A stretch of DNA of 64,000 bases from Yuukianura sp. NJ FZ-2021 (lineage: Eukaryota), in contig CM102286.1 in assembly GCA_046563655.1 (NCBI GenBank), positions 4,278,001-4,342,000 of the forward strand, given 5' to 3'. Each line of letters starts with the position of its first letter. Positions within the stretch are counted from its first letter, which is position 1. The notes under the pieces were generated by a model. It did not search any database and was not told where the DNA came from. It was given only the letters and a program-made list of their open reading frames with translations. Shown here in pieces: positions 26,401-39,387 of the stretch. The position numbers and the translations under genes are program-made.

Positions 26401-29400
26401 ACTGAACCACCCCTTTCTCAATTTCTGCCCCATCTAATAATATACATTGTGAAATACATTTGGTACCAAACCCATTATAGCATTTATTGGTAACTCTTTT
26501 CAGAAGAACCCTCTCCCTTCAACGTTCAATTTTGGCAAAGATTCCTCTGAATTGTAAAGAAGGAAGTTAGAAAATCCGAAATGGAAAGGGTAAAATGCTA
26601 TAAGTCACTTGCCGCACGTTCACAGACAACAAATTGATTCATTGTCACAAATAGAAATACTTTTCTCCAATAGTCAGATTCCTAGGAATAGTCAACCCCT
26701 CTCAAATACTTTGAATATTTCCAATATGGCCCAATCACACGCCAGATGACATTCCACATGTCGCACAAAACACAATGGCTTCAATACCGATACCAGCGCA
26801 GGAAAATGTGCTGTAAATTGATAAACAATTGTTTCAATATTACTTTTAGTTTTATAACAAAATGTGTTTGTTTTAACATAACTTTAGTTTACATAACATA
26901 ACTTAATCTAATTTTAGGTTAACTTAAAATTGCAGTCGATGAAGAACATGCTTAAAATGCAATCATAGAGGACTTCGCGAAGCTGCGATTGCTTTCTCTC
27001 GACTTTCACTTTTTAGAATGTTGTCTTAAAAAACGAAACTCCAGCAAACACATGCGTTTTGATAAGATTCTTTTGGAGTCACCCTACGCACTTTTTGTTT
27101 GCTCAAAGCAAACATGCACACTACCAAAGCCTTTCTGCAAACACAGAGGCGCTGCTGAGGTCAAACATTTCTTTTTCCTTTGAGTCGAAAGCATTCAAAA
27201 GAAAGCTCTTTTCGAGAAAAGCAAAAATACGATCTTTCACGTTTTTTTCAAGCAGACCACCCAGTTTGAATTTCAAAATAGTCAATTGTTTCGAATAACT
27301 TATTTAGAGAAACGGCATTTAACAAACTATCCAGAACATGCGCAGTCTGACGTTTTTTAAAGTGTCACATTGCCGTTTTTAGGAAGTTAGACGCAACCCA
27401 CTCAAGATAAATTTGGTTTCAGGTAGAGTTTAAGGAGATTAAGTAAATTGCTTCAAATTAGCAATAAAACAGGCTACACCAATTTCTTTTAGTGCTCATA
27501 AACTGTGGACTTGTGACAAGGTATAAACTGCCTGAATGCTTGATAGTGCCATAAACCTTTAATTAAATTCCTCACTTAAGAGGTGTCATAAACTGCAAAA
27601 ACAAGTTCGCAGATCATATCTACATGCAAAGAGTCCGGAGATAAAAGCCATATATGAAAGTATACGTGGACATGGTGGACATGAGGCATGGTTGGTTAGG
27701 TTTTTATAACTTCAACAAGTAACATCTTCCCTTTGGGAAGATTCTGAACAAACTGTCCTTTCCAGATATTCCAGATATTTGTGCTGGAAGTGGACTCTGG
27801 AGGGAGCTTTGAACTGAAAGTAGGCCAAAAATAGGAAGTAAAAGGAGGGAAAGATAACAAAAGGAAAAGCGACCATGTTCAATCCAACTTCCAATTCTTC
27901 AACTCTCTTTACCAAGGAAAACTTTTTCTTACTTTCACTTTCTGTCCTCAATAAAGTAACTTTTCATCTATCTACGAAATGCACGACGCAAAAATTTGAC
28001 GGCGCGGATATAATATTTACGCATTCTTGTGTTGTACATTTCATTTGTTGACGAAACTCATCAAATTACATCCAGGTTTTAGTCTAATCTGTCTATGCCT
28101 TACAAGCTAAACTGACATGATCAAAATTTTCTTAATGGCGTTTGAGTTACGATAGTAAAACCGAAAATTGAATTAGTTGCTGCATTTTTTTTAAAACTTT
28201 ACCTCATATTTTCCAATGTTTCATTTAATTTTTGGCCTTCGGCGTAAGCACTTCTTGGGAAATTAAATGTTAACAAAGAGAAAGTCGAGAGAACTCAATT
28301 TAATCAACACCAATGTCCCACTAGGGAAATCTCTTTAACACAACTGCCCCCCTTCCGTCCAGGCTTCTCTCTGCCACTGTTTGTCTTGATTATAATAATT
28401 ATTGCGCCATTTATTTCATTTTGGGTTTTGGCTTATTTTGACTCATAATAGAGTCAATTCAAAAGTTACTTTTACTTTTGTCCTTTTTAAAAAGCAAAAA
28501 AAAGTAGTTCTGGACGCCGTGTCCCAGTTGGACACGACACTTCATTTAGGCCGTCCTGGTTGAATGAGGGTTCCAACAATGGGAATATGGAAAAGCACAG
28601 TTTTGTGTTCGGTGTCATCCTGTTACTTTAAGAGTCAATCTCCTGGTGGGCAGCACTTAGGATTTGAATTACCAAAATAATGGACCGCTTGACACTTTCA
28701 AAAGGGCAGATGGCAGTCGCTTTACTTTTGAAATTGATTTTGTTAACCTTTTAATTTTTGTATATCTAATGCATATCTGTGTGTTATATGTATGTCTGCA
28801 GACATAAACGACCACCAACTTTGTTCAATTTTTCCATCATCTACTTTCTCTTTCATATTCCTAACTTTTAATGTTAATGCAACCGTTATCCCGCGTTTGT
28901 TGCTCCACTTTCACTTATTTGTGAATAACTAATTCTCTGTTTGTTGGTTACAAATGTTTGGATTGTGAAATTAACCAACTTTTCCAACTTTGCCTGAAAT
29001 GGGAAATAACCCTGGAGCAGTTTGAATGTTGGCGGTAGTTGGAACGTTGAACAATAATTTATTAAATGCCAAAACCGCTGAAACATTTGCATTGTTTTTC
29101 TAATCAAAGCACTTTTGCCAAAATTAAGTTAAACAATGTATTTCATTTCGCAGAATTGTTTTCAAGTTTGATTTGCAAAACTGACGAATTCCAGCTCTTC
29201 AAACACATTGTGATATATTGTGTCCGTTGTATATTTGTTCACTTTGAGTAAACAAAACTTCCACTACACAGAATTCCTTGTAACTGCCTAGCTCAATTTT
29301 GCTTTTACTCCAATAACATTGAACAAACTTTCGCGTGAAAGGCTGACCTTCAGAAGCACTTTCTAATTAATTGGACTATTTTTTGTAACGACACGGCTGG

Positions 29401-32400
29401 GAGTCTGCTTAATTTAAGGTTACGTGGTGCAGTATGTTTTCTTTCTCCTGCCATATTGTCACCAATAACAAAGGGCGTCTGCCCCAACTTTCTCCTGTGT
29501 AACAAAGAAAAACGATTCTTGTTTCAAAAATGCATTTTATATTATTTTTGTGTATCTAAAACTGCCACTTTATTCATAATAACTGCACCATGCGCAGAAG
29601 GGGGTCCCCAATGAAGTACAGAAGCACTATTTTGGTTACGTTAAGCGTCGTTGCGCAGCTGGAAACGAAGTTTCAGATGATGATTTTCTTTAGAACGCCG
29701 TTAGTTGGATGCACTTTGAGTGATTTTAAGGAGGGTTTATGTGCTTCTTACTGCAGTAGAAGCAGTGAATTATCCTCATTTCTTATGGTTTGATCTTCCC
29801 CCAACTTCCTGGATCTTCTTCACCCATAGACCAGATGCATATCACTTAAATTGAATTCTGAAGATGCACTTCTTGGGATTGCATGGACCAGAAGTGCAGG
29901 AAGGGTGAATGAATAAAAGAAGAAGAAGCTTCTGCATGAATTATTAGATTTACACGACTACAAAATTCTTCTCTTTAGATTTCTTAAAAGCAACCCCTTC
30001 TACTTTTAGGGAAGATGCAATTCAATGGGGTGAGAGACAATAATGATAGGACATGATGTGTCTACAGATTCATTTGGGCAGAAGTAATATTTATAGAAGT
30101 TGGGGTTCTATTTGGACGGGACCATTTCTGTGGTATGAGCGCTTTCAAAATTTTGAAAATCTGTATGTTGAGTTTTTGTTAGCATATTCTGAGATCAACC
30201 AAAGATTTACTTTAAAAAGTGGGTTTCCATTTTCGACCACTAGTTTTAGATCTTTTTTTTGTAAATGCGCGGAACCCTGTGGCACACACCCTGAAAATCA
30301 TTAGAGTTTGCGTGTTAGTGACACATTTCCATGTCCAGGTGAGTGGAGGCCATGATTTATGTCGTGCAGCCTAAGGACAGCAATTTATCAACAAGGACCC
30401 AACACAAGCCTCAATCCGTCTACCTTCCCAGCACTCTAATTCAATCAGCGATCCACACTCTGCTTTCTTTGCTTTCACTCTCCAATCACAAATCTAAAAT
30501 AAGAGAAAACCAGGCTCGTCAAAGGCAAAACAAAATCCTTTGCTGCTTCTGTTGTCCACTGCCCCTGTCAATTTGCTGAATTCTGAAAATAACTTTGTGG
30601 ATATTTTGCTTTGCAGGATGAAATTCCATCCTGGCTGAGAAGATTGGCAGGTGATGATGCGTTATGAAGTTGTCTCTGCCCGTTGATTTTCCTAATGGAA
30701 CTTCTCTCTCTGACTCAGTTTTGGGAATTTCAGTCTTCTTTTGTGTAGATTTTGAAATGAATACCTCGGTGGGTGCTTTGTGCTATGGAAAGTCAAATGT
30801 AGGGATGATGGAAACTGGAGAGGGAAGTCAAATTCGTTTGTTATTTGGGAGGGTGAAAGCCAGGGACGAAGCAGTTTGAGGCAATGATGCTGCATGTCAT
30901 GTTCATTTCTGAGAATCCCTTTGTATAAAAACGGGAAGGGGAGAATCGAAAATGGAGAAAGTCTCGTTTTATTTACACAAAAATCCAAATAATACGTAGT
31001 ACGTTTAAGTGCTACTGAAACTAACGATAGCTCAGTAGTAAGTGTCGCTGGGAACATAAAATCCAAACTCGAAATTCTGACTTTGGAAAACGATGCAACG
31101 TGCTAACAATGTTGAAAGAATTCAAAAGGCAATCTGCGTTAGCTTATAAAAAAACCGTTACGTTCAATGTCTTTTTCAGAATAGTATTTGTCGCCAAATT
31201 TCAAAATTGCCTATCGATGTGTTAACTAACACTCAATGTGAAAAAATTTGTATTTGTTGAACTTTTTTGAAAACCTAATTTGTCAAATCTGTCGAGACAT
31301 ATCGACGTAAGATGTGTTGAAAGATGAGTTAAAATAAGACATTTGTTTTTGCAGAGTAATGCATTATGTCGTTTTTCAAGAGTTTTAAAATAGGAAACCA
31401 GAATTCATTCCCTCCGAACTGAAAGAATGACGAATTACTTCCTTTAGAGATCTCCGTTTTACGTCTTGAAAAACGACGTTAGTGTCATGGACGTCTGACG
31501 AAGAATAAAGAATTGCGGATTCGGAAGTGACGTTTCCTAAAGATACTTCCGTTTGCTTCTTACTACACTACACCAAACGGAACAGGAATATGTCTCCAGG
31601 GATGACCAATGGAAAAAGTGAAAGTGAAATTCGATTCCAGTATGATTTCGTTTCTCTCGCTTTGGAATTGGTTCTCTGTGGCGTCCATTTTATTTTTTTT
31701 TATATTTGAGACGACAAGGTTTTTATGGCTTCCTTGTAACTTGTTCTGCCAAACTCCAGCGATTTGGAAGGTTGAACTTGTGGGCGTCTGGAAGATTTAG
31801 ACGATTGTACAGAGTATATTGGTGTGATCATGGGATCTTGTGCAGTATCGTTTCGATCTTCATAACTGTTTCCGTTTAGGATCTATGTAGTTAGGCCGCT
31901 ATAACGCTGGGTTTAGGGTGCTAACAAGTAGAAGTTCATAGCTTGTCAGGAAATGTTTGCGTTGAAGGGTGTCGATATAAATGTCTGATAAACATGAGCT
32001 CCGGCTATCAAACAAACTTGTGAACCGTGTTTCATGAAAAATTAATGTCAGTCCAATTGATTTGAATTGGAGGGAATAAGTGGAGTTCTGGTGGAGTGCC
32101 AGTGGAAATTAGGCAAGAAACTTTTCCGACTAATAGTTTAGTAGTATTTTAGAACCACTCATTACCTCGTCACTAACGCATTTGTCTAATTCAGAACTGC
32201 AACATGCATTGTACTCAGTCAGTTAAAGCAAAAAAAAATATTTTTTTCAACCTGTTTTGTGTTAAAATGGGGTTATACAGCCACAGTTAAGGTTTGGTTA
32301 GCCTATGGGTTTTCGGTTGGGTCGAGGATTAAGCTTGAACTATAAAACCAGGGAAAGCATTCGTGTGATGCGTCGATTATAGTTAGCATTGCATATGAAT

Positions 32401-34591
32401 ACTGTCATGGTGTACTATTATTTTTGAATTCAGATTTTGTGCTGCTATAAAAAAGAGTTATCGTTTCCGGATGGAAATTATCCACACCACCCAAATCCTC
32501 CGTACGTTAGCCATTAAAATAGTACATTTGAATTTAAATAATTTTTTCAAAATATCATATGGAGAAGGTTCCCACTCCCGTAAAACTAATAAATTTATTA
32601 GTTTATTGGAAAATAGTAAACTGAAATTATTTGGATAATTTCAGTTATTTTCAATTTGCAAGTTTTTTTCTAATCTAAACTTTTAAAATTTTCTTTTTCA
32701 AAAGGACGGTTGACAAAACTGCTAGATAAACTCAAGGTAACTTTGGAGGATCAAGTTGTTGTGATGACAGTTGGGATTGGTCAGTAGAATTGATGTGAGA
32801 TGATGATTGGGGGAAACAGGGGATAGAACTTTGGAGTTGATTTGATCTGAAGGGAGAAGATGGACGAAGTGTTTTCTGTGGTTCGGTGTTCTGTGTTTTC
32901 TGACCTAACCGGTCATTTACTGAGGTTTTCTCTCGGCACCTATTTCTCAAATTGACTTTTTCCAACAATGCCTCCGGAGAAATTGAAGAAGTCATCAAGG
33001 TGAAAGTCTCAAAGTAAATGCCATCAAAAGTTAGCAATTGATCAGCTCACCAAAAGAAAAAGTTGTTAGGTTAGCTAACTTTTAGATAGAGACATCGTGA
33101 TTTACTTTTAAGAATTTACTTTATAGAAATTTTGGAATACTCTAGAATATCACTTTGCTTCGTAATCTGCATAATACGCGACACTGTTCCATCTGAGCAT
33201 CAACATTTATGTCATTTCTCAGTGTTCAAAAAATATCATAAAAGCTGCTCTTTCACCACAGTTTTTTTTTCCAAATTTGAAAAAAAGTCTCCCCCAGATT
33301 TTCCCAACGGAGCAAACAAGTAATATTGATGCGAGCGTTTTCAGCGGTTCTTTGATCCCAACCGCTTTCTGTTTTCGGTACAGCAGGACTGATGGACTGC
33401 ATTATTGGAAGTTACTCATGTTGAACGAGTGCGGTGGACCTTTGGTACATAATAATCCAGAACGGTTTTTGGTTCTCATTGAGTGATACGCGGTCCTTTT
33501 AGAGTAAGTACCAACAAAAGTTAGGGAGACTAGGGTTTTTGGTGGCAATGAATCGAGATCAGAGTCAGATCTAAGTCTGACCTCGTAGGAACAAATTCGC
33601 CTTGTACCAGAAGGGCCTTTAATCGTGTGAAGAGGTTAGGAAACATGAAATGGAAATCCACTTGATTTATGTTCTGCAGCCATGGTGGATTGACTTCCTA
33701 ACTTTATTCAACGTACTAAGTTTCAAGGGCTGGGGTCCTTGTAAGGGCCAATTTCTGGTGCACTTACAAAGACTGTAACTAAAATGATGATGTCAATGAA
33801 AACATAAATTTTGCTAGAGAATGAAGAAGGTGGGATGGATTTATGGCTTTAATAAAATTATTTTCGATGTTTCATTTCTTGGTCCAAAACTCATCCGCAG
33901 GATTTTATTAGAATTTAACTGCCAGGATATGCCCATGCGGCAAGTTCTGAATTTGAGTTTTATTTCCTATTTGTTCCAAACAACTAAAAGTTAGAAATTG
34001 TAACTTTGTTTGTGGTATAATTCATGATCTTGAGTTCAAAAGTTTCGGACACTGGGAATTCATCAATGATAACTTACAATTCTTGTTTTTAAAGAAAGTG
34101 CTTCAAAAAGTGTGCTAAAAGTTTTTCTGTTGGTTTCTTCAGTTAGTGTGTGTGTGATACCTTTAACAAAAGTTGGATTGTGCTTTACAAAAATGATGAA
34201 AAACTGAAGAGTCCAATTCTTTACTCCTTTTCCCTCACTTTCTTCGGAAACTTCGAAACTTTTTTTTTAGAAAATGAAACTGAAATTGAGAAACTCAACT
34301 TTCTCTTCAGTGCTAAAGCCCATAAGAATAGGAGCGGTACCCAGCTCCAGGCTTTTTATCTAATAGAGTTTAAGTGTGCGGAGATTTCTAAAAAGTTGTG
34401 TGGTATTTTCAAAAAAAGGACGTTATCGTCTCTGATTTCAAAATCAACTTTTCTAACTAAGCCTTTGAGTTTGACCTACACCGTGGCACAGTAGGTTCTC
34501 TTTTCTTTCCGGTGCAGACATAATTTTCTGTTTGTCTGGTTGCGTGAGGCTCATCTTCGGGTATTAAGTCCATCCAGAAGTCTTTGTATTA

Positions 34592-34820
34592 CTAAGCCTA
34601 CCTCCCTAGCTCTAGCCACAGAAATGATGAGATGAAACAATGCGAGGTTAATCGGATCATGGAGAAAGTGGATTTGGATTCATGCAAGCGAATGGAGCTT
34701 TAGGTTAGGTTTGTGCCTAACGTCTGGGGTCTATCTGTCAGTCTGTCTTCAAGTTTTGTGATGACTCTTCATTAATCCGAAAACCATAGAGGTGTCATGG
34801 ATACGCTCTCTCATTAATTC
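34592..34820 (+). repeat. Diverged inverted paralogous non-coding element (partner ~62395-62636)
   Basis: Core AGATGAAACAATGCGAGGTTAATCGGATCATGGAGAAAGTGGATTTGG is shared exactly; surrounding blocks (TGTGATGACTCTT, TGTCATGGATACGCT) align with gaps. Confidence 0.85.
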
Positions 34821-35445
34821 TGGTTCTGGAAGTGTGTAGATTTGGTTAGTTTAAATCTAAGGCATTAATATCACGTCTCACGTCACCTTTTACTATATTT
34901 GAGCTTTCTTCAATTCAGGCAAAAACTGCAGGTTTTCAAAAACAAAATAAAATGTTTAGAATAGAAATATTAAATAATTAGATTTTCGATATAATTTAAT
35001 TTTTCAAGGGCTTTCTCCTCCAAAAATAGCCAACAGGCAATATGGTCCAAGGTTGATTCGTTTAGCGTTGGCGTTTTTCGTTCATACACAAATCTTGTCA
35101 CGTTCTCAGTCCAACCCCAATGTAATCATTTTTGACCCCACCCTGTTCCCCTTAGTTTATAACCATTCATTTAAGAGATTGGAAATGCGGAAGAAGGGGT
35201 TTGACTTTGGTAGCAGACAGAATCAAGTGGGAGAAAGAAGATGCAGTCAGAATTCTAATTGAAGTTTTTGTCTTATTTCGTAATAAACACTTACTTCAAA
35301 TGTTACGACCACACTAGGAAGCATGGGTGGGGGAAAATTGTGGCAGAGATGAGGATCTTATATGTTCATTTTGGAATGGAGAAAGTTTGACTTGAAGACT
35401 TGACTTTTTCCAAGTATTAAATAGAAGAAGACTTCATTCTTTCCG

Positions 35446-35777
35446 ACTTCCTCCAGGCCATCATTAACTCCTTCTGAAAACAAGCCCCTGCTGTAACTTC
35501 CCCTCCGAATCCGGGTTTTCCGGTGTGCTTGGAGGTGGCGGGTATTTTCTTTTAGGGAAGAAAGTGGTGCGTAGTTACAGTTTGGTGAAGTTTATTCTAC
35601 GGATGGATGGGTGTTATTCTTCCAGTCACTTGGTTTTAGCTCCACTGGGAAGACTTGGGCCTAACCTCTTAGTATGGAAATAGTGTCTCATAAATGTGTG
35701 GACGTGGGGTCCTAATTAGCACCTACAGCCACTCCAACGCACTAAAACTCACTTGACGTTAATGATGTACTTAACAC
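35446..35777 (+). repeat. Inverted repeat 1, copy in B intron 1 (partner 61255-61585)
   Basis: ~330 bp reverse-complement match with only a handful of differences; flanks unalignable by eye. Confidence 0.95.
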
Positions 35778-37156
35778 TGAATTATATCCTCGGTGAGATA
35801 GGAGTCTCTATCTTTTTAGAACGAAAAATTGGCTCTGTTGCTGCTATGAACATTTCAAATTGCTTATTTCATATAAAAAAAAATAGAAGGATTTTTGCAA
35901 ACCGTTTGTGTTTAAAGTTGATTTGCGATTTTCAATGCTAACAATAACTCTCAAAGCATGTTCAACAGTTAATATCGAAAGTACGAAAGAAACTGTGTTT
36001 AACTCATATTGCATGATTGAAGGGAATTGAATGTAAATGGGGATGCACAAATGGAGTAAGAATTTGGATGATGGCGTGGCTGTGGGTGGTTTAGTGGATT
36101 TAAGTTGCTGAGATCTTTTAATATAAATTTGAAAAGTGCATTGAAAAATGCTATCAAGAGGGCGGGGTTGCTTTCTCCCATTTCAATATCTGCCAGAATT
36201 CCGGGGCAAAAGTAAGAGGGAACACGGAACCTTTGTAAGAAAAGTGCATGTATATTCAAATAGAAATTAACTTTCTCCAAAAGTGCCACGAATGTATTGA
36301 AGTTTGTCATGAACTCTGGGCAACTTATGCACATTCCAAGAGTACAACAACATTATTTCTGATTCTGAACTGCAGAAAATAATTAAAATTAAACCGTAAA
36401 TGAACATATTTAAATTAGTTTAGAAAATAACTCATGCTTAACGAATACTGCACCGTGTATTAATTAAGTTTTCTCCATCACTGTAATGGTACTAGGTATT
36501 CAATTGGAATTTCATAGTGCTGATGGAGACAATAAAAACACAAAATGATTCTCTTTAGAAAAATGGGTATAAAAATTTCTCAAGAAAGAAACACAAGCAA
36601 AAGAGCGCTCGGGAGAAATGACATTCCCGCTTGTTATTTACGGATTTTCGGGGAGATAGGACGAGCGACTTATCGGATTCTAGGATTTGGACAAGGAACG
36701 CCTGAGAGGAAATGTTTTTATTTCCCGTAGAAACACTTCAAAATCCGGTTCAGAAATAGGAACTCAATTGGATCCACCAAATTCCAAAGACTTTCTCTCC
36801 TAAAATCGTGTACGTTTCTCTCAAATTTGATTTAAACCTTTACTTCATTCCTGTTTTCCAATCCTATCCTTCCCTCGCTTTCCAAGCATAACAGTGCCAG
36901 CAAAGAACCGTCATCGAAAAGAGAAAGTTCCCGTCAATTAGGTATCCTTAGCCGTTTCAACTTCGCCCACTTTTATATTTCGTTTAATATTCCTTTTGCA
37001 AGCAATTTCAACAACAAGTTTTGCTAATATTCGTACTGCCTGATACCAAAATTGAACTTACAAAAAAATCAGGCGAGAACTAATCTATCATTGGAAATAC
37101 GTAAAAATAGATTGGTACTTGAAGTAAACTTTTCATACGTTTGTAAATGGATGTTT

Positions 37157-37470
37157 TTGAGTGAGATTGAGACAGTTGCAATCATTTCCCTTTTACTTTC
37201 TTCCAAGTCAAATATTTGACTCATTCCAAAACCAATATTAATTTTCTGGAGAGCCACATAGACTGAGGATTGGAGTAGAGAAGGAGTGGGATTGGGTGGC
37301 TGGATGGATGAAATGGGAAACTGTTTGGTTGTGGGAAAACGGCGCTTTCCTTTTAAGTAACTGAAGGGAGAAAGTCATTGGGTGGGAAATTGGCAACTGC
37401 CGCCTTTCTCCATTGTCCCTCCACTCTATTATCCTTATGGCTTCATAATACCATCATCATCATCAACATC
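37157..37470 (+). repeat. Inverted repeat 2, copy in B intron 1 (partner 58488-58803)
   Basis: ~315 bp near-identical reverse-complement match; the ORF track shows the same peptide MALQKINIGFGMSQIFDLEESKREMIATVSISLKN at both sites on opposite strands. Confidence 0.95.
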
Positions 37471-39387
37471 TTTGTAACGGAAAGGTTTTAACAATAAGTT
37501 CTGTCAGTTGACCCCCATCTACAATCTACATCATCTTCATCATCACTTCGTATTGTTGGAGAGATTTGTGGACACTAGGACCAACGACCTGTGACCGGGA
37601 AGTATCGACTAAAGTATTGAAAACTTCTTCCTGGGTTATTTTTGTGACTTTTTATTGGTAGAAACGTGCTAAAAAGTTTTGCAATTTCTTTTACATATCT
37701 AGCAAAGAAATTTAGCGACTGTAGTTTTCAGAGCTCGCTTTCTCTGAATTTCGTGTTCTTCGTGCCAAGGACCAATTTTCCCTCCAAATACATACAATCC
37801 GTCATTCTAATTATAGTCCTCAGCTCAAACTGTTGTACGCTTATTGTTTTCTTTTTCCTGGTGCTAAACTTGCATGACAAGTTGAATGACCAAAAATAAA
37901 ATCCAACAATATTTCTTTAAATCATGTTAGATTAGAGTGTCACGATCAAAAAGTCGCGTTTCGAACATTGGCGGAAATACTCTTCTAGCACGACAGTCTA
38001 GCACTCCACTTTCAAAATCCATTCCCAAAACCATTTCTGAATTCTAAAAAGAACAAAAGGATAAAAATTCAAAAATCCAATTTTCACTTTAGTCTAACGT
38101 TGTGCAAAGTTTAGGAAACCTAGATAAAACAGCAACGTCAACATCGACGTACCAAAAAGCTATGAACTCTGGCGTGAACTTTTCATTCTAAAATGGCAGA
38201 TTGGCGTTGCCTTGCCTCTGGCCCTCTTACCTCATCCTTCCAATTTTCTTTGAGAGCCCGTAACCAAGGAGAATTCTAAAATGTTAGCTTAGGTTAGAAT
38301 TTTTGAAAAATGGATAAGGAATATAGAATGGCTCCTGCCTCTGTCAGTTGAGGATCAAGGTTTTAGCTTCCATTTTGAGTAGGACGATTATAGGAAGCAA
38401 TATTGGACTGACATGAGACGGCTGAACATGACACTTCGTGGATACGATGAGAACTACGTGGGTTATTCCTGAGAAGAGCAAAAGCCAAAAGTAAATTGCA
38501 AAATCATAATATCAAATTCCATGGCATCTTTAACAGCGGCAATAAAAGTCAAGTATTAAGGAGAGCCTGACTTACAAAATTTCCGAAGCGGAAAACTGAA
38601 AAGGAGAACTTTCAATTTTTTTGCTGAACCAAAAAATTACTTTTGCGAAGTGTCATTGACATTCACTTTTGAACCCGAGGCCCATCAATGTAATTTGGAG
38701 TATATGTGAAACAGTAGGTTTCATGTTCTTGTCGTTTCCGAAGATGCGGATGTCGCTGTTGGAAATTTAAATGAAATTTGAAAGATTAAAAGTAAAATGC
38801 ACAAAATCGAATCTCAGCTGGAGTTTTCAATTCAATATTTTTAAAAAGTCGTTTTTAAAGCAGATATCATGAAGTATTCGTTTTCACTCTGAGCTTTGTT
38901 CCTTCGGCTCAAGACGTATCTTGAACTTTTGGGCTTAAAGTATGTCAGGCATTTTCCTGCATTGCAACGTTTGCTTTTAGAAGATTGGGGTCAACATTTT
39001 GACGTAAAATATTCATTGTTTAGAAGCCTCAAATGCTTTCCTTAAATTTTGAGCCTTTCTTGCAAGACGTAAATTCAAACAATAACAGTAACACCAAACA
39101 ACTTTGGTCAATGTGACAGTGACATAAAAGCACTTTGCTAATCATAAACCCGATCTCACACTGCCATGGTTTATTATATTACTGCTTTCACTAATTTCCT
39201 AAACCACTATATAACCTTTAGTTTTAAGAAGAACCTATTTTTGTGTAATCTTGCGGTGTTCTGAAGTAGTGTAAGACTCTAGTTGTTAGCATATCGACTA
39301 GTTAAAAACGTACAAACAATTTTAAGAAATTTGGACTAAAGATTTATAATTATTTATAATTATTGTGTTGTTTTTATCGTTTTACAG

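Noticed and set aside
37069..37257. ORF MALQKINIGFGMSQ.. duplicated at 58562-58948
   Set aside because: It is a by-product of the inverted repeat; the ORFs diverge at the repeat edge, one copy lacks the ATG, and there is no splice or homology support.
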